A stretch of 23,030 nucleotides of DNA from Candidatus Thorarchaeota archaeon (GTDB lineage: Archaea; Asgardarchaeota; Thorarchaeia; Thorarchaeales; Thorarchaeaceae), in the NCBI GenBank assembly GCA_016839445.1, contig JAEOUG010000036.1, positions 1 to 23,030 of the forward strand, in the 5' to 3' direction. Below are positions 16,557-23,030 of this stretch, in pieces (within the stretch, counting starts at the first letter, position 1; each line of letters opens with the position of its first letter). Below the pieces are notes generated by a model that was given only the letters and a program-made list of their open reading frames with translations, was not told the origin of the DNA and made no database searches. The position numbers and the translations under genes are program-made.

Positions 16557-17807
16557 GTGAGTAGTGCGAGCCAGAGGCCTGTCAGCAAGCGCTCCAGTGC
16601 CACTGTCTTCTATACACTGGCGATTGGCTCTGGTGTCATGAGAGCAATCTCGGTTGCCTTCGACTTTTTCGGTCTAGGGTTCTCTCCAATCAATCCGTTG
16701 GTCTATGGTTTTCTTTCACAGTGGACGAGCTTCGCAGTGACTCTGATTGCTGTGGTGGTCCTGAGTGTAAGACACACCTCCATGGGGAAGAAGAGGGCTC
16801 TTGGCTATCATCTGGACCCGGATTTCGACAGAGTTCAGGTTCTGCCTCGGAAGCCGATGATCTATGTGGTCCTTGCAGGCGTTTTTGCGGGTATTTCCAC
16901 TCTGGCGTACTACCTACTTGTGGGAGGCTCAGACGCATCTACGGTCCTGCCCTATGGCCAGATGGTCATCATCTACCTACTGGTTGGTGACCTACTAGGA
17001 GAAAAGGACACCCCCACAATTGTCGAGGTGCAATCGATTGTATCGATACTCTTCGGAGTCCTTCTGATTGGGGCTCAACCAGGTGGGTTCGACATCGTAT
17101 CGCTGCTCATCGTACTGGTGCCCCTCAACCTCTCATCAGCTTTCGTCACATACTACCAGCGGAAGGCCAAGAGGTACGAGATTCGGCCTGGTCTGAGAGT
17201 TGATTCTCTGAACATGCGCCTATGGAGCCTGCTAATACTGAATTCTATGATGAGCTTGCTCTCACTTCCTATGTTACCCTCTGATTGGGTCGGAGTGATG
17301 GTGGCCTCCTTTGTGCCGCTCTCGCTGATGATGATTGGTTCGTCCCTTGCGACTTTCGTGAGCATTGTCATGTATGTCCAAGCTCTCGGGAGGGGATCGA
17401 TGTCAGTAGTCAATTCCCTGTCTGCCGTGTCAGTCGTGCTGGGGATTCCAGTCACAGTGATAGGTTCCATCTTTGGAGTGAGTGTCCTGTCCACTGATCC
17501 GTTTCTTTGGACCCTCAAGATACTTGGCGTGATACTTGTCGTCATTGGAGTGGTGGCGCTTCAAGCTTCTGAGGTGAAGTCGCTCGTTCTCATCAAGGTG
17601 AAGCCCCTTACTGGAGACCTGCTTCCTTCTCTATTCGCCATAAAGGGAGTCGAGAAGGTTTCCGCATTGGCCGGTAGTTACGACTACATACTCAGCATTA
17701 AGGGCAGGAATCTCGCAAAGACGAGGACCAAGATTCTGAGCAGAATACACATGATTGAAGGTGTCGCAGACGTGGAAACCCTCGTCGTTATCAGGGACTA
17801 TAGATAG
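16557..17807 (+). CDS. DMT/EamA-type transporter fused to a C-terminal Lrp/AsnC ligand-binding (RAM) domain
   Basis: About 10 TM helices in two repeats (AYYLLV..DASTVLP...LLGEK; MYVQALGRGSMSVV), followed by a soluble SLVLIKV...GVEKVSALAGSYDYILSI...I..IEGVADVETLVV domain. Confidence 0.85.
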   Translation: MSSASQRPVSKRSSATVFYTLAIGSGVMRAISVAFDFFGLGFSPINPLVYGFLSQWTSFAVTLIAVVVLSVRHTSMGKKRALGYHLDPDFDRVQVLPRKPMIYVVLAGVFAGISTLAYYLLVGGSDASTVLPYGQMVIIYLLVGDLLGEKDTPTIVEVQSIVSILFGVLLIGAQPGGFDIVSLLIVLVPLNLSSAFVTYYQRKAKRYEIRPGLRVDSLNMRLWSLLILNSMMSLLSLPMLPSDWVGVMVASFVPLSLMMIGSSLATFVSIVMYVQALGRGSMSVVNSLSAVSVVLGIPVTVIGSIFGVSVLSTDPFLWTLKILGVILVVIGVVALQASEVKSLVLIKVKPLTGDLLPSLFAIKGVEKVSALAGSYDYILSIKGRNLAKTRTKILSRIHMIEGVADVETLVVIRDYR

Positions 17808-17820
17808 TGAGGTAATGAAA

Positions 17821-18072
17821 ATGGAAGACCGAGTACAAGCATACATACTGATGGATGTGGAGATTGGGAAGACAGATGATGTTGTCAGCGGACTCCGTGA
17901 GATCCAGGAGGCAACCAAAATCGCCGTCACAACCGGCGGCGTAGATATAGTGGTGCTTCTCGAAACCGGAAGTCTGGAAGAGCTCTATGAGATCACTGTC
18001 CAGAAGATTCACAAGATTCCCGGAATCAGGGACACGCAAACAGCTGTCATTGAGAAAATGATGTCAACCTAA
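17821..18072 (+). CDS. Stand-alone Lrp/AsnC ligand-binding (RAM) domain protein
   Basis: VQAYILMDV..G...AVTTGGVDIVVLL...IHKIPGIRDTQTAV with no HTH. GAGGT at 17809-17813 supports ATG 17821. Confidence 0.88.
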   Translation: MEDRVQAYILMDVEIGKTDDVVSGLREIQEATKIAVTTGGVDIVVLLETGSLEELYEITVQKIHKIPGIRDTQTAVIEKMMST

Positions 18073-18153
18073 CTGGGCGTGGACAGAGGGAAGGTTTTTT
18101 CTCCACCCACGGATGACAGCATCTTGCTGACACAATTCCATTGTGAGAAAGGT

Positions 18154-19104
18154 GTGACTGAGTTGGGTGAAGTCGATATCAAGAATCTGACAAAGCGTTT
18201 TGGGGATATTGTAGCTGTGAACCACATGGAACTCAGTGTTCCTGAGGGTTCCATCTTCGGCCTGCTGGGGCCCAACGGCGCTGGCAAGTCCACGACAACT
18301 CGATTGCTGTGTACCCTCCTCCGCCCGCACGAGGGAACCGCTTCTGTCGGTGGCCACGACATTCTCGAAGAACCTGTTGCCGTTCGCCAGATAACAGGTG
18401 TACTTCCAGAGGAGGGCAATCACACGCTCTATCCCACAATGACCGCATATGAGAATCTTCAGTACTTCGCAAGGCTATACGGAGTAGACGAGACCGAAAT
18501 CTCTGGGAGGATTGAGGAGCTGCTTACATTCATGGATCTATGGGAGAGAAAGGATGACAAGGCAGGGGAACTCAGTACTGGAAACCGGCAGCGTTTGGCT
18601 CTCTGCAGAGCGATGCTTCACAGACCTCGTGTCCTGCTTCTTGATGAGCCAACATCGGCCCTGGATCCTATTGCTGCGAAGCGAGTAAGGGAATTGATCA
18701 TGAGTCTCGCCAACACCTACAGGCAGACTTTCTTCATCAACTCCCACAATCTTGGGGAAGTTCAGCGGATGTGTGACAGGATTGCGATAATCGATGATGG
18801 CAGGATTCTGTTGTCGGGAGAAACCCACGAACTGAGAAGTCGGCTGCAATCGAAGCAGGAGTTTGTAATCAGGGTCTCCGGAGAGCCCGAGAAGGCTGCG
18901 GCTTTGGCCGAATCGAGTCACTTCGTGGAAAGCGTAAGCACAGGAGTTGATTCGATCTCTGTGGTGATCAATGACCCAATAGAGAACAACTGGAGACTCA
19001 TGCAGGACCTCCTGGCAGGAGGCATAAGGATCATCGAATTCGCGGAAGACGAAGCTACCTTGGAAGACCTCTACCTGGAAGTAGTGAAGGGGGGAAGAGA
19101 CTAA
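18154..19104 (+). CDS. ABC transporter ATP-binding protein (ABC-2/DrrA type)
   Basis: Walker A GPNGAGKS, signature LSTGNRQR, Walker B LLLDEP, H-loop NSH, C-terminal TLEDLYL. Start is likely GTG 18154 or TTG 18163 (track start 18079). Confidence 0.93.
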   Translation: MTELGEVDIKNLTKRFGDIVAVNHMELSVPEGSIFGLLGPNGAGKSTTTRLLCTLLRPHEGTASVGGHDILEEPVAVRQITGVLPEEGNHTLYPTMTAYENLQYFARLYGVDETEISGRIEELLTFMDLWERKDDKAGELSTGNRQRLALCRAMLHRPRVLLLDEPTSALDPIAAKRVRELIMSLANTYRQTFFINSHNLGEVQRMCDRIAIIDDGRILLSGETHELRSRLQSKQEFVIRVSGEPEKAAALAESSHFVESVSTGVDSISVVINDPIENNWRLMQDLLAGGIRIIEFAEDEATLEDLYLEVVKGGRD

Positions 19105-19868
19105 TGGCGTTCAACAAATCACTAATCGTCGCTAAGGCCGACCTCGGAATGGCTCTGAAGGTTCGGTACGTGAAATACGGGCTTATCGGGATGGGTGCGC
19201 TAGGGCCGGTCATGTCTCTAGTTCTTGTCGTTTCTATAGCTGGCCTTGGAGCGCCTGCAGAAGTGATTGCGTTCATGTCACCAATGATTGCAGGTCTTAT
19301 CGGAATGATGTCCATCATCCCTGCCTCTCTGATATCGGCAAATGCTCTGGTTGGAGAAAGAGAGCAGAACACTCTAGAACCCCTGCTATGTACTCCGCTC
19401 TCGGACACCGAGCTGCTCGTCGGGAAGCTCCTAAGCTCCTTCATTCCCAGCGTTGCACTGCTTCTGGGAGGTCTACTTGTCACCGTTGTCGGCAGTAACA
19501 TCATTCTTGTCATGTTGGGACTCCCATTGATACTGATTATTGACGCTGCGGGATTTGTCCTTCTTCTTGTTGCAGCTCCTGCCATGATACTCGCAGTGAC
19601 ATCAGTCATGATTCTCCTGAGCGGTCGCGTCAAACGAGTCTATGAGGCGTATCAGACCTCGGGGGCAATAGTCTTGGTCTTCATGATACCAATGATTCTC
19701 CCAATGACCGCTCTCACTGAATCCGGCATGGGCGATCCTTCAGCAGTCCAAGCGTTGTCCTGGCTTAGCACCCTTGTCACCCTTCTCATCGCTGTTCTAC
19801 TGATGGTTGTGACGTGGTCACTTGCGCTCCGTAGATTCAACCGGGACACAATGGTTTCATCCGTGTGA
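19104..19868 (+). CDS. ABC-2 type transporter permease
   Basis: LVGEREQNTLEPLLCTPLS..ELLVGK and about 6 TM helices; TAATG overlap with the ATPase indicates translational coupling. Confidence 0.9.
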   Translation: MAFNKSLIVAKADLGMALKVRYVKYGLIGMGALGPVMSLVLVVSIAGLGAPAEVIAFMSPMIAGLIGMMSIIPASLISANALVGEREQNTLEPLLCTPLSDTELLVGKLLSSFIPSVALLLGGLLVTVVGSNIILVMLGLPLILIIDAAGFVLLLVAAPAMILAVTSVMILLSGRVKRVYEAYQTSGAIVLVFMIPMILPMTALTESGMGDPSAVQALSWLSTLVTLLIAVLLMVVTWSLALRRFNRDTMVSSV

Positions 19869-19874
19869 ACAACT

Positions 19875-19897
19875 GGGGGGAGCTTCCTACTCTCCCC
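19875..19897. terminator. Possible hairpin/pyrimidine-rich terminator between convergent genes
   Basis: GGGGGAG-CTTCCTA-CTCTCCCC followed by a C/T-rich run in the 39-nt convergent gap. Confidence 0.3.
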
Positions 19898-19907
19898 TCT
19901 CGTCTCT

Positions 19908-20441
19908 TCATTCAAGTCTTTTGAGACCGGCTGGGTATCTCTTTGCCAGATCCCTGTAGACCGACTTGAACCGAGAGAGCTCTTCTCTGTGGTGCTCCTG
20001 CAATTCGCCAATCACCTTCGCAGGTACACCGACGGCGATGCTTCTGGCTGGGATTTCCGACTTCATCTTCACGACAGCGCCCTCTCCAACAACGGCCCAC
20101 TCTCCTATGATTGAGTAGTCCGAAACGATGGCACCCATGCCGATGACTGCCTCGTCTTGAATGGTTGCATTATGGATGATGCAGCCATGTCCAAGTGTGA
20201 CATTGGCGCCTATTACGGTCAACTCGCCAGGCCTCGCATGTACGACCACATTGTCTTGGACAGAGGTCCCGTCACCTATCCGTATCTCCCCGTAGTCCCC
20301 TTTCACGACGGCTCCGGGAGCGACATAACACTCACAGCCAATTGTGACCTTGCCAATCACAGACGCTGTGGGGCTCACGAAGCTGTTCGTCCCGATGGAT
20401 GGTCTTCGTCCTTCGAATTCATAGACTGTCAAATCGTTCAC
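19908..20441 (-). CDS. Gamma-carbonic anhydrase family protein (left-handed beta-helix; YrdA/CaiE/PaaY-like)
   Basis: Hexapeptide repeats, KGD, VQDNVVVH, GHGCIIH (three Zn-ligand His), GVPAKV. Confidence 0.92.
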   Translation of the reverse strand: MNDLTVYEFEGRRPSIGTNSFVSPTASVIGKVTIGCECYVAPGAVVKGDYGEIRIGDGTSVQDNVVVHARPGELTVIGANVTLGHGCIIHNATIQDEAVIGMGAIVSDYSIIGEWAVVGEGAVVKMKSEIPARSIAVGVPAKVIGELQEHHREELSRFKSVYRDLAKRYPAGLKRLE

Positions 20442-20472
20442 CTGGATGATTGCTGGGATGGGATTGCCATTC

Positions 20473-20485
20473 GAAACTTTTTATA
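20473..20485 (+). promoter_or_regulatory. Archaeal BRE-TATA promoter
   Basis: GAAACTTTTTATA about 35 nt upstream of TTG 20519. Confidence 0.6.
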
Positions 20486-20518
20486 CATTCTATACAACAC
20501 CTGCGTAGGGTTCGTATC

Positions 20519-20899
20519 TTGTCCGAGCACATATCCAGATTCCCAATTCTGAGAGGGACATCGGTAGCTGAGAGTGGGGAATTCTCTGGTCATGTAGTCA
20601 TAGTATGCAGTCCCGAGGATCTCAATCACGAATGGGCCTCTGATTCGATAGCAGTCCTCTCGGACGAGATGGAGCTGTACTTCCAGCAGAACCCGAAGTA
20701 TCTTGACAAGCTCTTCGGCAGTGTGCGTGCGGTCTTGGCTGAGTTTGGAGAATCGATAAGCCATCTGGCTACACATGCCGCTCAACACGATACGCTTGCG
20801 GTTGTGAGGGTCGAAGATGCAACCCATGTCTTGGAGAATGACATGCACATCAGGATTGAGGCTGTCGAGAACCAGGGCGACATCTTCTTCATTGACTGA
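20519..20899 (+). CDS. Stand-alone PEP-utilizing enzyme mobile (phosphohistidine swivel) domain protein
   Basis: LRG..AESGEFSGHVVIV.SPEDL...AVLAEFGESISHLATHA...VVRVEDATHVL.....I follows the swivel-domain pattern (G.V.IV / AV.TE.GG.TSHAA / VV.V..AT..L). Start placed downstream of the TATA box. Confidence 0.7.
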   Translation: MSEHISRFPILRGTSVAESGEFSGHVVIVCSPEDLNHEWASDSIAVLSDEMELYFQQNPKYLDKLFGSVRAVLAEFGESISHLATHAAQHDTLAVVRVEDATHVLENDMHIRIEAVENQGDIFFID

Positions 20900-20964
20900 G
20901 AGTGGGATACTCGAATCGCCAACCCTTTATGGTAGACTCGGGGCTAATCTGTGGAGGTCAATGG

Positions 20965-21963
20965 ATGGAGGAGTGGACCAAGCGGATAGTCGTCCTTGAC
21001 ACATGGCATGTCTGGCACAACCATCTGCGGACACTACTCCTCAGCAGCCTCTTGTTCGGATTCTATGGGGCCTACCTTTGGATAGTGTGCTCATCAGCAC
21101 CAGGTGTGTTCACAGGCCTCCTTCTGTTTGTGTCTCAGGTCTGCGTCGGCTTTCCTGCCACACGAGCTCATTTTGAGCTTGGCATGATCACTCGGTCACA
21201 ATTGAGGTTGTTACACTCCGAGTCAACCAATGGTGCCGATGACTACAAAGAGGTCGACATTGGGATTGGTGATGTTCCTCTCTTCTTTGAAGGGCAATCT
21301 ATGGGGGTGAAGAACGCCACTAGGACTATCGTTGACGACTACAATGACTTGGCGTGGTTCGCCATAGCATGTTGGGCAGTTGTGTCAACTGGTGTATACT
21401 ATCTTGGTAGTTTCCCACCATATCTCTGCATACTGGGTGATGTCGTTCTAGCAGGTTCATGCATTGTCAGCTACCTTAGCGGATATTGGATGAGTTCGGG
21501 CACAAGCCTTGAGGAGGAACTCAACGAACTCGAGTACTACGTGATTCAGCGGCTCAGATCAATAGACTCTCGGGCAAGGCGATACAAGCCCACGATAAGG
21601 CTTCTCCTTGTCAAGGGACTACGCAGCGACATCTTGATCGATTTCTTGGTAGTTCTTACTGCTTCTGAGAACACAACTGTCGAATATCACATGGGTTTGC
21701 CTCCGAGCGAGCAAGAACGATTCGTTGTCGAGGCACCTGAAGAGGCTGTGAATGCAGTCAAGAGCGGTCTCGGCAAAGAGCCGTTGAGGCCGGATTGGTC
21801 CGTTGAGAAGGTTCGAACGCAATCGGGGCTCATCCTTCGCCTCGTAAGGGTGTCTGAAGAGACCGATCTGGTTCCCCCTTACATGCGAAATCCTGACTCT
21901 ATTGAGGCCTCCTCTGAGGACTTCCTGCGAATACTCGATGCTCTTCTGGCAAATCTACCATAG
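20965..21963 (+). CDS. Hypothetical membrane protein (two TM hairpins plus soluble C-terminal domain)
   Basis: Long ORF with about 4 hydrophobic segments; GGAGGT at 20953-20958 before ATG 20965. Confidence 0.75.
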   Translation: MEEWTKRIVVLDTWHVWHNHLRTLLLSSLLFGFYGAYLWIVCSSAPGVFTGLLLFVSQVCVGFPATRAHFELGMITRSQLRLLHSESTNGADDYKEVDIGIGDVPLFFEGQSMGVKNATRTIVDDYNDLAWFAIACWAVVSTGVYYLGSFPPYLCILGDVVLAGSCIVSYLSGYWMSSGTSLEEELNELEYYVIQRLRSIDSRARRYKPTIRLLLVKGLRSDILIDFLVVLTASENTTVEYHMGLPPSEQERFVVEAPEEAVNAVKSGLGKEPLRPDWSVEKVRTQSGLILRLVRVSEETDLVPPYMRNPDSIEASSEDFLRILDALLANLP

Positions 21964-22056
21964 AGTCGTTGGAAGCAGCGATAACTCTAAGTGGTCATCA
22001 AAGGGTGTCTATTCAGTTGCTCCAGATAAGTCACAAATGTGAGGTTTCTACTCAAG

Positions 22057-23030
22057 ATGAAGGCGAAGCTCAAGGTCGAGAAGAAGTGGCTCGAGGTTGA
22101 GCTTGACAGCATGACAAGGCTCCAACGAAGCTACAAGAAGTGGGAGCAAGAAACCCTCCGGAAAGCACGTGAAGCCTCAGACATGACTGTTCTTCGTGAG
22201 CTCTTCTACGAGCTGGGTGATCGGTGGGAGTTTGACCAGGCAACAGGGGCGTGGCTGAGCGAAGGAGAACCCTTGGATGCAGTTGGTGTTACTCTTAGAA
22301 TGCCGGGCTTTTCCGAAAACAAGGAACGATACGTATTGTATCTCTTCATGGCGTACTCGAAGGGTCTGACACGGCAATTCGATCACTTGGGCGACAAGGA
22401 GCGCATTATCATCGAGCGCGACTCCAAGACTGGGAGTATGGCTTGCTGGAGTACGAGTGGTCATGGTTCTGTTGACATGTACCCGACTGATCTTACTAGG
22501 TTTGAGAATCTCGAAGAGACCCTCTCAGCGTGCTTCATAGTGGCCCAACCCGGTGATCATGCCCTAAGGATAGAGTGTCCTGAGTGCACAGGTTTCTTCA
22601 ACTCTGCGCTGGCAAAGCTTTGGACAATAGCGAATGGGGTTCGGGAGTTCTCACTGAAGTCCATTGATGTACTCACGGCAAACGACATTGAGCGGGTCCT
22701 TGATTTCCGATTCCATAGATACGCGAGTTCGGTCATTGATCTTGAGAAGGTTTGGCAGAAGCTCTCCTCGGGTCTTGCAGCTAGGGCCAAAGAGGCTGTG
22801 CTTGACAAGATTCCTAATCACATAGAACAGCGTGACCGTAGGACCTTACGTAGATTGGAGGGCCTACTTCACGTTCTCTGGTTTCGCCCTCCTGCCCAGC
22901 AGCTCAAGGTTGTGCAACAGCTGTATGACGAGCTTGAATCTGAGCCCACTCCCACAGAACTGCAGGAGGAAGTGGTTCCTCACTTGGGACAGCTACTCTA
23001 TTCACTGAACGATGTCCTTGAGAAGGCTCA
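22057..23030 (+). CDS. Hypothetical protein, 3'-truncated by the window; possible Vps62/NPP1-like domain
   Basis: Absent from the ORF track (no stop). Open from ATG 22057 (or GTG 22039) to the window end: MKAKLKVEKKWLEVELD...FDHLGDKERIIIE...WSTSGHG...AQPGDHAL..CPEC... Confidence 0.8.
   Translation, partial: MKAKLKVEKKWLEVELDSMTRLQRSYKKWEQETLRKAREASDMTVLRELFYELGDRWEFDQATGAWLSEGEPLDAVGVTLRMPGFSENKERYVLYLFMAYSKGLTRQFDHLGDKERIIIERDSKTGSMACWSTSGHGSVDMYPTDLTRFENLEETLSACFIVAQPGDHALRIECPECTGFFNSALAKLWTIANGVREFSLKSIDVLTANDIERVLDFRFHRYASSVIDLEKVWQKLSSGLAARAKEAVLDKIPNHIEQRDRRTLRRLEGLLHVLWFRPPAQQLKVVQQLYDELESEPTPTELQEEVVPHLGQLLYSLNDVLEKA

Noticed and set aside
1-23030. CRISPR array, transposase/integrase, prophage, defence island, selenocysteine/pyrrolysine readthrough or programmed frameshift
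   Set aside because: No repeat-spacer periodicity, mobile-element motifs or split reading frames were seen, and genes appear intact. This was inspection by eye only.

Overview
Gene-dense archaeal chromosomal segment with no rRNA, tRNA, CRISPR array or mobile element that I can support. BRE-TATA promoters, GAGG(T)-type ribosome-binding sites, archaeal-type families (DUF99, COG1340-like coiled-coil) and two roadblock/LC7 genes point to an archaeon, probably Asgard (Thorarchaeia-like; this is inference). It holds about 25 CDSs: a partial HAD phosphatase, a C25/gingipain-like Cys protease, AlkA glycosylase, ABC-2 components, a CPBP intramembrane protease, a subtilase, single and tandem roadblock proteins, DUF99, an HD nucleotidase, a BMP binding protein, a double-wHTH regulator, glmS, a RimK-type ligase, a coiled-coil protein, a DMT-Lrp/AsnC fusion with a stand-alone Lrp/AsnC domain, and a gamma-carbonic anhydrase-like protein. 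Most notable: (1) a subtilase whose domain order resembles eukaryotic Site-1 protease (MBTPS1/SKI-1), divergently paired with an intramembrane CPBP protease; (2) a DMT transporter fused to an amino-acid-sensing RAM domain, followed by a free RAM domain; (3) a stand-alone phosphohistidine swivel domain; (4) a partial ORF with Vps62/NPP1-like motifs; (5) a three-hairpin 5' leader; (6) an unannotated 37-aa ORF. Family calls come from motif recognition by eye, with no database searches.
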